Below, piece after piece: positions 38,964-48,140 of a stretch of DNA of 48,155 nt. Both the position numbers and the translations under genes were made by a program. Where the stretch lies: the NCBI GenBank assembly GCA_046331705.1, contig JAXLQJ010000055.1:1-48155 (forward strand). The letters run 5' to 3'. The DNA comes from a bacterium (GTDB lineage Bacteria; JADJOY01). Positions within the stretch are counted from its first letter, which is position 1, and the number at the start of each line of letters is the position of its first letter. The notes below the pieces were generated by a model that was not told the DNA's origin, did not search any database, and worked only from the letters and a program-made list of their open reading frames with translations.

Positions 38964-40105
38964 TCGCGGCGGCGGTCCGCGACCGTCGCCGCGCTCGGCG
39001 TGGCGTCCGCGTCGAGCCCCACGATTCGCTCCCGGCCCGAGCCATCCGCAGCCTCGATCGTGGCGAGGCGTTGGATCTCGTCGGTCTTGAAGCCCAGCGC
39101 TTGGGGGCGGCTCAAGCCCGCCAGGACCTGCACGTCGTAGAGCTCGATCACCACGCCGTGAAGCTCGAGCCAGTGGGCATGCGCGCCGGTGCGCAGGTCG
39201 ATCACCACCAGCCCGCAGCGCGCCTCGGTGTCCTTCGCGCGCAGCTTGTCGTCGAGCGCCAGCCCGCGGAAGTGCTTCTCGCGCCGCTGCTTCGAAAGCC
39301 CCACGATCGCGTAGTCACCGGCGAACGCGAGACCGCGGAGGTAGCCGGGGCAGAACGTGATGGGCTCGAACACGCCGCGGTCGCGGTTCACGTAGCCGAG
39401 CTCGCCGGTGCCCGAGCTCAGGACCCAGAGCCGTCCGTCGTGGACCCGTGGCGAGTGCGGCATCGAAAGGCCTTCGGCGACGATCTCGTTCGTCTTCACG
39501 TCGATCACCACACCGCCGTCCTGGCGCCGCTCCCGCCAGCCCTCGTACACGTCCGAACGACTCACGGCGGTCACGTAGCGCGGCTCGCCGTCCTCCATGG
39601 CGAGCCCGTTCAGGTGGCAGCGATCCTCGGCAGCCAGCGCCGATACGAAGGGCGGCTTCCAGATCGGCTTGAAGCCGTACCGGTCGCTGAGCGTGGCGAG
39701 GCAGCTCCACTGGGTGTTGACGAAGAGCACGCGCCCCTGGCGGTCGATCGCCACGTCGTGGGCGTCCACCGCGCCGGTCGTGTGCCCCACCTGCGGAACG
39801 AAGAGAGCGTCGTAGCCGCGGTAGCGCTCGCGCCCCTCGAGGACGTTCTCGAAGCGCCAGATCTGGTAGCGGGTGGCGAGGTGGAGGCGCTCGGCCGTCG
39901 CGGCGAGGCCCATGGCGCGATCGAAGTAGCGCTCGAAGACCGACAGACCCTTCGGCCCGACACCGATGAAGAAGATCCGGCAGGTCTGGCAGGTCGTGAA
40001 GGCCACGGAACAGCGTTGCGTCAGCAGCCACAACGGGAAGTCGCGGGAGCACGACACCTCGAGCGGCGTCGTCGTGGGCGACTCCGGTGATCGCGCGGCG
40101 CTCAT
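38960..40105 (-). CDS. TIGR03032 / DUF4915 family protein
   Basis: RAMGL, HTTG.VDAHD, FVNT..SCL, WKPPFVS.LAAEDRCHLNGLA, GLSMPHSPR, SGTG, PGYLRGL, VGLSK.R, ELYDV. Confidence 0.9.
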   Translation of the reverse strand: MSAARSPESPTTTPLEVSCSRDFPLWLLTQRCSVAFTTCQTCRIFFIGVGPKGLSVFERYFDRAMGLAATAERLHLATRYQIWRFENVLEGRERYRGYDALFVPQVGHTTGAVDAHDVAIDRQGRVLFVNTQWSCLATLSDRYGFKPIWKPPFVSALAAEDRCHLNGLAMEDGEPRYVTAVSRSDVYEGWRERRQDGGVVIDVKTNEIVAEGLSMPHSPRVHDGRLWVLSSGTGELGYVNRDRGVFEPITFCPGYLRGLAFAGDYAIVGLSKQRREKHFRGLALDDKLRAKDTEARCGLVVIDLRTGAHAHWLELHGVVIELYDVQVLAGLSRPQALGFKTDEIQRLATIEAADGSGRERIVGLDADATPSAATVADRRRE

Positions 40106-40240
40106 TCCCCTGGCCCTTCGGTCCAGTGTCGCACCCCCCATCGACGCGCGGCGACACGGACGCGCTCGCCCGGGGGCCGGGGTGCGATCCGGAGGCTGTC
40201 GCCGCCCGCCGGCGAGCACGCTGTCGCGTCACGTGTTGCG

Positions 40241-40271
40241 ATGCGTTCTGCAACGCGCTCGCATTCTGCGA
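40241..40271. promoter_or_regulatory. Two tandem dyads, candidate enhancer-binding protein sites
   Basis: ATGCG-TTC-TGCAA (40241-40253) and perfect TCGCA-TTC-TGCGA (40259-40271), 18 bp apart, about 120-150 bp upstream of the sigma54 -24 element. Confidence 0.5.
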
Positions 40272-40391
40272 CATCGGTCACCAACCCCGAGTCGGCCTCG
40301 AGGACGTGGGAGCCGCACCACGGAGTCGGTTTTCGCGCCTTTTCCGGTGGTTTGCGGGAAATCCGTGTTTCCGCGGGAGAGCTGCGTCCAT

Positions 40392-40407
40392 TGGCACGCC
40401 AATCGCT
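40392..40407 (+). promoter_or_regulatory. Sigma54 (-24/-12) promoter
   Basis: TGGCACG-CCAA-TCGCT with exact GG-N10-GC spacing (GG 40393-94, GC 40405-06), one mismatch to TGGCACGNNNNTTGCW, in an intergenic region. Confidence 0.72.
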
Positions 40408-40417
40408 AAGGCAGATC

Positions 40418-40595
40418 GGTGCGTGCTCCCCAAGGCCCCGTCACTTACCTGGGGAAAAATTCAACAAACAAACGGTTTCGCGAAGGGGGGCCTTGGGTTT
40501 GCGGGTGGTGTCTTGGGGGGCCGCCCTTCTTTCCCTGCCGAGTGGAAGTCCCAGAAGCACGAAGGCGAGTGGCTGAGCCACTCGCCTTTCGTGTC
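40418..40595 (+). ncRNA. Candidate sigma54-dependent small RNA (about 115 or 175 nt)
   Basis: 11-bp stem CCCAAGGCCCC (40429-39)/GGGGCCTTGGG (40487-97) enclosing an A/C-rich loop; hairpin plus TTCTTT ending about 40532; strong hairpin 40558-40593; no credible ORF. Confidence 0.5.
40558..40595 (+). terminator. Strong terminator-like hairpin
   Basis: AAGGCGAGTGGC-TGA-GCCACTCGCCTT perfect 12-bp stem (40562-40588), extendable with CACG/CGTG. Confidence 0.6.
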
Positions 40596-40857
40596 TCCGC
40601 TCGTCGATCCCACCGCGCTTCGGCCGCGCGTCTCCCCGCGGGGGAACGCCACGGACGCGTCTTGGATCTCGAGCGCCGCGGGCGCGCGACCCGGTGAGGG
40701 TGCTGCGTGCGAGGGCACCGGCTCGCGGAGCCCCTGGGCACTCCGGGGAGGCTGGGATGGGCCGACACCCGAGGCGCGCGCCCCAAACGGGCGAGCAGAC
40801 GTGTAGCAAACCCTGGGAGCCCGCTTCGCGGTGCGCTTCGTGCCGCCCATCGGGCTC

Positions 40858-41560
40858 ATGGTTCCGTCTCGTCGACCGCTGGATCCGATTGCGCCGGACG
40901 TGGGCGAGGCCGGCGACGCGAACGCCGCCTTGGCCGCGCACGTGCCCCGCGACGCCGAGTTCGAGGTCGTGGTGGCGGGCTCGTTGCGGGCGGCAAGGCG
41001 AGCCCGGGCGGACGGCAAGCTCGCGGTCGTCATCACGGACATCGGGTTGCCCGACGGCAGTGGCGTGGAGCTGGTGCGGGATCTGCGCGGGGGAGAGATC
41101 CGAGCTCCCGGTGGTGATCACGACGGGCGCGCCGTCGATGGACTCGGCGACGGCGGAGATTCGCTGGCGCGTCAGCGAGTACCTGGCGCGGCCGTTCATG
41201 CCGGCGGAGCTGGCACGCGTCGTGCGGGCCGCGGCGAATGCTGGCCGGCTCGCCCGGGCGCGCGACAAGCTTCTCGCGGCGCGCTTCGGCGGCAGCGAGC
41301 TGACGGCGCGCCTCGCAGCGACGGAGAGAGGGTTCGCGCGCGCGATGCCTCGCAGCCAGAGGTCGTATGCGCCGATCGTGCGCGCCGCCGACGGCGCCGT
41401 CTTCGGATTCGAAGTGCTGCTCGGGTGCGACGAGCCGACGCTGGCTCCTCGCGCCGGAGGCGCTCGAATTCGCTGGCCTGGCACGCACCGGAAGCTCGCT
41501 CCTCGCGACTTCCAGCGCGGTTCGGGACGCGTCGACGACGCCGCGCGGAGCATCGGTTAG
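40858..41560 (+). pseudogene. Degenerate response regulator receiver + truncated EAL domain gene
   Basis: VVITDIGLPDGSGVELV (receiver Asp) in one frame; LPVVITTG..SEYLARPF and YAPIVRAADGAVFGFEVLL (start of EAL) in another; shift near the G-run at about 41089-41100; most of the EAL domain is missing. Confidence 0.6.
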
Positions 41561-41596
41561 ACCGGGCGCTTCGTTCCGTCCAGCGCGGGAGAACCG

Positions 41597-42088
41597 ATGA
41601 TCTCCATCGACAAGAATCGCGTCCTGCAGGCCTTGCGGGCCCGGGTCGCCGACACGCTCGGCGACCTGGTTGCCTCCCAGCGAGCGGCCCAGGACGGCGC
41701 GACTCACGAGGAGACCCGCGCCGAGGATCCCAAGGACATGCGTTCCACCGAGGCGAGCTACCTCGCCCGCGGGCTCGCGCAGCGCGTCGAGGAGCTGCGG
41801 GGCGAAGCCGCGCGGCTCTCCGCGCTGTCGCTCAAGGCGTTCGGCCCCGAGGATCCCGTGGCGCTCTCGGCGTTGGCCGGGCTCGAGGATGCCGAGGGAC
41901 GGAAGTCGGTGATCTTCGTCGTCGCGGCCGGCGGCGGCGAGCCGCTCGAGGTCGACGGCGTCTCGATCCGTCCCGTGACTCCGGCGTCGCCGCTCGGCCG
42001 CGCGGTGACGGGATCGCACGCGGGTGAATCGATCGAGGTCGAGCTGCCGGGCGGCAAGCGAGAGATGACGATTCTCTGGGTGGCGTGA
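41597..42088 (+). CDS. GreA/GreB family transcription elongation factor-like protein
   Basis: N-terminal coiled coil ATHEETRAED..D.R..EASYLARG; C-terminal VTPASPLGRA..G...GE. Confidence 0.8.
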   Translation: MISIDKNRVLQALRARVADTLGDLVASQRAAQDGATHEETRAEDPKDMRSTEASYLARGLAQRVEELRGEAARLSALSLKAFGPEDPVALSALAGLEDAEGRKSVIFVVAAGGGEPLEVDGVSIRPVTPASPLGRAVTGSHAGESIEVELPGGKREMTILWVA

Positions 42089-42181
42089 CGAGGCCGCGCC
42101 GCGGCTTCGATCGCCCGGCAACGCGCCGCTCGGACGCGGGCCGGCGCGAGTGGCGCGCGTCTCGTCAGCGCCAAGCCGGGG

Positions 42182-43171
42182 TCACGAACCGCGCTGGCCG
42201 AGCCCGGAGGCCGTGTACACGGCGTCGATCGCCCGCATGTTCCCCAGCGAGCTGGCGAGCGACGGCTCCGCCGATCGCTCGCCCCGCACGGCCGCGACGA
42301 ATGCGCGGAGCTGGTGGGTGTAGGTCGCGTCACCGCCGATGCGCTCGGAGCGCGATCCGTCGGGGGTGACCACGCGCAGGCGGTGGAAGAGATGCGGCGC
42401 GACCGGATTGAAGACGCGCAGCTCGCCCCGCGAGCCGAGGACCCGGGCGCTGACGTCGAGAAGGGTGCGCGAGAAGAGCGCGCAGGTGACCCGCCCGGTC
42501 GCGCCGCCGGCGAAGCGCAGCTCGGCGCGCATCCACCGATCGACGCGCGCGGACGCGAGGCGCGCCTCGGCGGAGACGACCTCGGGCTCCGCGTCGGCGA
42601 GGAAGCGGACGACGTCGAGCGTGTAGCAGCCGGTGTCCATCGTCGCGCCGCCGGCGAGGTCGAGCCGATAGCGGATGTCACCCGGCAGCGGCAGGGGAAT
42701 GCACATCGCGGCTTCGACGTGCCGGATCTCGCCGAGCTCGCCGCTCGCGACGATCTCGCGCATTCGCGCGGCCAGCGGATGGTGGCGCCAGTGGAAGGCC
42801 TCGACGAGCACGCGCCCGGAGCGCGCAGCGGCGTCGACCATCGATGCGGCCTCGGCGGCGTTCGACGCGAGCGGCTTCTCGCAGAGCACGTGCTTGCCGG
42901 CCTCGAGCGCGCGGATCGTCCACGGCGCGTGCAGCGCGTTGGGCAGGGGCAGGTAGACGGCATCGACGTCCGGGTCGGCGAGCACCGCGGCGTACGACGC
43001 GTGGACTCGAGGGATGCCCTGGGCGCGCGCGAATCTCCGGGCACGGCCTTCGTCTCGCGCCGCGACGGCGACGACGGCGACACCGTCCACGAGGCGCGCC
43101 GGCCGAACCAGCGCCATGGGCGCGATGCGGGCTGCACCGAGAATGCCGAAACGCACGGGTCGGGCACTCAC
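42182..43171 (-). CDS. Gfo/Idh/MocA family oxidoreductase
   Basis: GILGAARIA, DAVYLPLPNALH, GKHVLCEKP, EAFHWRHHP, GGATMDTGCY. GTG start with GAGGTG RBS. Confidence 0.92.
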   Translation of the reverse strand: MSARPVRFGILGAARIAPMALVRPARLVDGVAVVAVAARDEGRARRFARAQGIPRVHASYAAVLADPDVDAVYLPLPNALHAPWTIRALEAGKHVLCEKPLASNAAEAASMVDAAARSGRVLVEAFHWRHHPLAARMREIVASGELGEIRHVEAAMCIPLPLPGDIRYRLDLAGGATMDTGCYTLDVVRFLADAEPEVVSAEARLASARVDRWMRAELRFAGGATGRVTCALFSRTLLDVSARVLGSRGELRVFNPVAPHLFHRLRVVTPDGSRSERIGGDATYTHQLRAFVAAVRGERSAEPSLASSLGNMRAIDAVYTASGLGQRGS

Positions 43172-43800
43172 GGTTCGGCTCACCTCGTGGGAGTCGCGCA
43201 TGGCGTTGGGGGTTGACCCGATGGGGGCCCGTCGAGGCGCCGCCGGTTTTCGCGGTCCCTCGATGGCGATGCCGCGTCGTCGCGAGCTCGTGCGGTACCG
43301 CTCGCCAGCACCGCCGACTCCTCCGCCGTCAACATACTCGCCGGGCGCCGCCCGGGTGCCGTTCGGCGGACCCGCCGCCGAGCGAATGCCAACGTCGCGG
43401 GGCGCCCTGGGGAGCGCTCGCGACCGAGTCTTTTCGTTGCGCGCTGTAAACCGGCGGTGCGTACCAATGGGTTCACCGTCGGGCAACGACCGTCAGGGTG
43501 TATCGTCGCGACAGTGGAAGTCTGCCGATGGCCTGCTGGATCTCGTCTTGCATGGGTGTCACTCGCCGCGGGATCGCTTCTGGATCCGTCCCCCCGCACC
43601 GCAGCGAAAGCCCTTGGATGCAGAGCAGCATCGCCGCGCCGCTGGGCTGAACCCGAGCTCGGCGCCTCGGTTTCGATCTCACGCCAGATCCCCTGGCGAC
43701 GAGAAGTTTCGGTTCTCGAGCATGGTCTCGCCCCACCTCTCAGGCTCGGTCTCGCATGCGGTGGCTCGCCCGCCCTTGGGAGCACCGAGCGGAGCACGAC

Positions 43801-46053
43801 ATGAAGCGTGACGCGCACAAGCGGACGATGTCCTCCCCGCTGCTCCTGGCTGTCGCGGCCCTGTTCACCATGGGCAATCACTGCGAGCAGCCCACCCTCA
43901 ACGTGATGAATCAGTACATCCGCCTGTCGGGGCCGAGTGGTTCCTCGGACCGACTCACGATCTCGGGGATCCTCTTCCAGGTCGGGCACTACAACATGAG
44001 CTTCCAGTCCTGTCCGCTCGCCGTGTGCTCGCCGCCGCAGGTGTATCCAGCGACGGGCTTCGCCACGAACGTCCTCGAGATCTACGACTCGCTCGGCGCC
44101 GTCCAGGCCCGTTTTCAGGCCTTCGACGCCGACGGCGACAAGCGCGCGGAGAAGATCCAGATGATCTTCCCCACGCTCGATGCTCCTTACTTCATCACCA
44201 ACTGCCCGACCTGTCCCACGGTCCACGATGGACACTACCTCGAGCAGGGCGGCGCCGAGGACATCGGGTTGCGGCTGGCGACCGATGGCGTCCTCACGGG
44301 TGACTTCCTGTTCTTCGCGCCGGGCGCCGCGCTTCCTTCGACCCGCTTCGTGATCAGCACCGGGAGCTGGGGCGCCAACGACACGTTCACCGCGACGGCC
44401 GTCGATGTGGCCAACGCGTCGCACGTGGCGACCCTGTCTGGCCAATTCCACTCACCCGACACGATGGACGTCGACTACACGATCGACGGCGTTCCGGGCA
44501 GCGCCTCGCTCACGGCGCGCGAGCCGATCGACTACGACGTCTACAAATGCTGGCAGGGCGCGGGAAGCTGCCCCGTCGTCCTCGGGCCGCCGACGTGCAC
44601 CATCACGGGCACCGCCGGCGACGACACCACGGTCACCTTCGACTTGATCGGCAGCGTTCCGTTCAAGGCCGCCGACGGCAATCTCGTGCCAGGCACGGCG
44701 CTCTTCGGTGAGCTCGACGGCGAGGGCAGCAACCGGGACGCCACGGGGCCGATCGACGACACCTTCACCGACGGCGGGGCGACCATCACCACGGTCGTGA
44801 ACGGCGTTGCGAGCGGCACCGTCGACTACGACGTCAGCGACTGGGTGGGCGCCGTGCAGAACTATGCCACCCGATTCCAGGTCTCGAACGCCACGAATAC
44901 CTCGAACGAGGTGAGGTGCGGAGCGGCGGTCTTCGGCCAGCACGAGAGTTTCGCCGTCGAGACCAGCGACGGCGGATCCCCGACGAGCGTGTCGGTGGAC
45001 GGCTCGACGATGGTGGCGGGTGCCATCGACGACGCGACGTTCGCCAGCAGGAACGGCGCGGCCTATGTCTTCACGGAGAGCGGCGGCACCTGGACGCAGT
45101 CGCAGAAGCTCTTCGCCAACGACCCGACGGAGCGCGCGAATTTCGGGCAGGCCGTGGGAATCGGCGGTGACACCCTGGTCGTCGGCGCACCGGGAGCGAG
45201 CGGCGGCGGCGCCGTGTATCTCTTCACGCGGTCCGGCGGAGCCTTCAGCCTCACGGGACGGATCTCCGTCGCGGGCGGTGATTCGAACGACCAGTTCGGC
45301 GAGACGGTGGACGTCGACGCATCCGGGTCCACGTTCATCGTGGGCGACTCCCAGAACGACGACCTCGGCAACTCCGCGGGCGCGGTCTACGTGTGGGAGC
45401 TCCTCCCTGGCGGCTGGGGGCAGACGGCCGTTCTCCACGCCAGCGATGGCTCGTCGTCGGACGACTTCGGCAGGGCCGCGGCGGTATCCGGATCCACGAT
45501 CGTGGTCGGAGCCTTCAACGACAGCCCGGGTGGCTCGGCATACGTCTTCGAGAAGGTCGGAGGCGTCTGGCAGCAGACGCAGAAGCTCACCGGCTCCGAC
45601 ACCAACTTCGCCGACAAGTTCGCGACCGCCCTCGACCTCGAGGGCGACACGCTCGTCGTCGGTGCGTGGGGTGCCGAGAACCCCGCGAACGGTCACAGCG
45701 AGATGGGGAAGGCGTACATCTTCGAACGGACCGGGAGCACCTTCGGCCAGACTCGGATCCTCCTGCCCGGCGACATCACGGACGGGAGCCAGTTTGGCCT
45801 CGAAGTGGCGGCGCTGCCGGATCGCGTCCTGGTGGGCGCACCCAGCCGGGTCGGACCGCCGGTCGCCTATCTCTACGGCCGCGACGGCGGCGGCTGGTCG
45901 TTCGAGACCAAGCTCTACGGCACCAACGCCACCGCGTGGCAGGGCTTCGCTCAAAGTCTCGAGCTCGACGGCACGTCGGCGTATTCCGTGGCGCACGTCG
46001 ACGACGGATTGCCGAGCGAGCACGGCGCCGTTTACGGCTTCGCTCTGCCCTGA
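43801..46053 (+). CDS. Secreted/lipoprotein with uncharacterised Cys-containing N-terminal domains and C-terminal FG-GAP propeller
   Basis: GGAG RBS; hydrophobic leader ending MGNHC; C-terminal repeats FG.AV..G.T.VVGA....GAVY.F...G.W.Q..KL. Confidence 0.8.
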   Translation: MKRDAHKRTMSSPLLLAVAALFTMGNHCEQPTLNVMNQYIRLSGPSGSSDRLTISGILFQVGHYNMSFQSCPLAVCSPPQVYPATGFATNVLEIYDSLGAVQARFQAFDADGDKRAEKIQMIFPTLDAPYFITNCPTCPTVHDGHYLEQGGAEDIGLRLATDGVLTGDFLFFAPGAALPSTRFVISTGSWGANDTFTATAVDVANASHVATLSGQFHSPDTMDVDYTIDGVPGSASLTAREPIDYDVYKCWQGAGSCPVVLGPPTCTITGTAGDDTTVTFDLIGSVPFKAADGNLVPGTALFGELDGEGSNRDATGPIDDTFTDGGATITTVVNGVASGTVDYDVSDWVGAVQNYATRFQVSNATNTSNEVRCGAAVFGQHESFAVETSDGGSPTSVSVDGSTMVAGAIDDATFASRNGAAYVFTESGGTWTQSQKLFANDPTERANFGQAVGIGGDTLVVGAPGASGGGAVYLFTRSGGAFSLTGRISVAGGDSNDQFGETVDVDASGSTFIVGDSQNDDLGNSAGAVYVWELLPGGWGQTAVLHASDGSSSDDFGRAAAVSGSTIVVGAFNDSPGGSAYVFEKVGGVWQQTQKLTGSDTNFADKFATALDLEGDTLVVGAWGAENPANGHSEMGKAYIFERTGSTFGQTRILLPGDITDGSQFGLEVAALPDRVLVGAPSRVGPPVAYLYGRDGGGWSFETKLYGTNATAWQGFAQSLELDGTSAYSVAHVDDGLPSEHGAVYGFALP

Positions 46054-46438
46054 GTGCATTCGCGGGCAGCGACGCGCGCGCGACCGGCGGCGGGGATGCC
46101 AACCCCGACGTCGGCGCGCCTGTGTCGCTGGCGGCAAGAGAGCTGCGCTTCGCTCTGCTCTGGCACGGCATCCGCCCGGTTCGGATGCGGCGGCGAAGCG
46201 AGCGCGTCGCCCCGGTCGTCGCCGATCCGGCCCTGGCATGATCCGGATGCACGCCGCGACTGCACCTGATTCACCCCGGCGGCCATCGGCATCGCGGTCT
46301 CCCGCGAGCGCGGCTGAAGCGATGCCAGGAACTGGCTGAAACGCGCCCTCGCGGCAGGTGCGGGTGAAGCTCGCCATCGTGGGCGCGGCCGGATCGCGCG
46401 CGGCGCTCCCCCAGATCCGCGGTTCGAGGGAGGACGAC

Positions 46439-47233
46439 ATGAGAGGGCTTCGCGGGAAGGTCGCGGTGATCACGGGCGCGGGCTCGGGAATCGGCGCGGC
46501 GACTGCGCGCCGTTTCGCCGACGAGGGGATGCGCCTCGTCCTCGCCGACCTCGACGAGGAGCGCCTACGTGCGGTGGCCAACGAGCTCGGCGGCAGCGCC
46601 GAGGTCGAGTCGCGGCGCTGCGACGTCGGTCAGATCGACGAGGTGGAGGCACTCATGCAAGCCGCGGTCGAGCGTTTCGGCCGGCTCGACGTCGCGGTCA
46701 ACAACGCCGGCATCGGCGGTTACGGGAAGACGCCCGATCTCGATCCCGCGGTCTGGCACCTCGTCATCCAGGTGGACCTGCACACCGTCTTCTATGGCTG
46801 CCGAGCCGCGATCGCGCGCATGCGTGCCTCAGGCGGGGGATCCATCGTCAACACTTCGTCGGTGTCGGGGCTCTTCGGTGACTTCGGGTTGGATGCCTAC
46901 AACGCGGCGAAGGGCGCCGTGTCGAACTACACGCGTGAGCTGGCGCTCGACCACGCGCGCGAGGGGATCCGCGTCAACGCCGTCTGTCCCGGTGCGATCG
47001 AGACCGCGCTCACGGCGCCGCTCATGAGTCAGCCCGAGGTGATGGAGCGCTACCGCGCGACGATCCCGCTCGGACGTGTTGGGCGTGCCGAGGAGGTGGC
47101 GGCGGTGGTGGCGTTCCTCGCGTCGGATGACGCGTCCTTCGTCACGGGCGTCAATCTGGTGGTCGACGGAGGCATGACCTGCCCGACCGGCCAGCCGATC
47201 CTGACCGAGGTCGTGGGGCAGGGGTGGGGCTGA
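46439..47233 (+). CDS. SDR family NAD(P)-dependent oxidoreductase
   Basis: TGAGSGIG, NNAG, YNAAK, IRVNAVCPG, VDGG; GGAGG RBS. Confidence 0.95.
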   Translation: MRGLRGKVAVITGAGSGIGAATARRFADEGMRLVLADLDEERLRAVANELGGSAEVESRRCDVGQIDEVEALMQAAVERFGRLDVAVNNAGIGGYGKTPDLDPAVWHLVIQVDLHTVFYGCRAAIARMRASGGGSIVNTSSVSGLFGDFGLDAYNAAKGAVSNYTRELALDHAREGIRVNAVCPGAIETALTAPLMSQPEVMERYRATIPLGRVGRAEEVAAVVAFLASDDASFVTGVNLVVDGGMTCPTGQPILTEVVGQGWG

Positions 47234-47465
47234 GTCGTCTCGTCGATCGCCGCACGCACGGACGGCTCGTCGCACCTGTCGCACCTGCGGCGCGGCTCGC
47301 TCGCCGCGAAACGCGCAAGCAGCTGGGTGTCCGCGAAGCAGCCGAGGGCGAGCCGCCGCGGCAGCAGCTCGCGTGCGACGCGTGGCATGGACTGTCGCTC
47401 GTGCGCTGGAGATGGGTGCGACCCAGGAGGCGCGGGCCCGCCGTCGGGTGCCGCTCGCACCCGAC

Positions 47466-48140
47466 TCAGAGGAACGTGAACGTCTGGCGAATGGCCTCGC
47501 GGCCGCCACGCTCGATGATCTCGCCGTGGCCCACGATGACGCGGTCGAAGTCGCGCGTGAGCAGCTCGTCGATGCTGGCCCGCGCCGCGGGATGGTCCTT
47601 GTAGGCCCAGCGCAGCAGCTTGCTCCAGCCGACCTGCCGATAGACGCCACCCAGCGCGAGCACGAGCCGTGTGAACGCGTGGTCGCAGTGGGTGAAGTTC
47701 TCGGTGACGTCGGAGCTGACGAGGGTGCGGCTCGGCTCGTGGACGAACACCGTCTCGCGGATGATGGAGCCGCGGATGGTGTAGCCGTCGAGGACGCCCT
47801 CCCAGTCGGGAATCTTGCCGTCGACGAGATCGGCGTCTATGCGCAAATCCTTGCGCTTGGCGCGCAGCGCCGCCGGTGCGTGGGTGCGAGCCGCGGGCCA
47901 ACGTGCCTGGGCTGCCCCTGCGTACACGTGGTGGAAGACGTTCGGGCACACGATGTGGCCCACCGGCCCGAGCGCATCGATGCGCGCGCCGAGCTCGGCA
48001 TCGATTCGGACCGGTGAGTGCAGCCAAAGCGTGCCGCTCGGTAGGCGCACGATCGTCATCCGCGCGCCGATGCGCATGCCGAAGTAGTGGTGCTGCGCCG
48101 CCACGCACCACAGTCCGCTCGCGAGCTGCTCGAGTGCCAT
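47466..48140 (-). CDS. DUF4336 family protein (metallo-beta-lactamase-like fold)
   Basis: RMTIVRL..G.LWLHSP, PN.FHH, ETVFVHEPSRTL..D, FDRVIVGHG. Confidence 0.85.
   Translation of the reverse strand: MALEQLASGLWCVAAQHHYFGMRIGARMTIVRLPSGTLWLHSPVRIDAELGARIDALGPVGHIVCPNVFHHVYAGAAQARWPAARTHAPAALRAKRKDLRIDADLVDGKIPDWEGVLDGYTIRGSIIRETVFVHEPSRTLVSSDVTENFTHCDHAFTRLVLALGGVYRQVGWSKLLRWAYKDHPAARASIDELLTRDFDRVIVGHGEIIERGGREAIRQTFTFL

Noticed and set aside
40418-40595. c-di-GMP riboswitch or 6S RNA
   Set aside because: I could not match the conserved cores by eye; an Rfam scan is needed to exclude them properly.
40419-40697. 92-aa ORF over the sRNA candidate
   Set aside because: No RBS, atypical codon usage, and it crosses two terminator-like hairpins.
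46161-46176. TGGCACGGCATCCGC upstream of the SDR gene as a sigma54 promoter
   Set aside because: Spacing is right but the -12 element is poor (CCGC) and I saw no supporting upstream sites.
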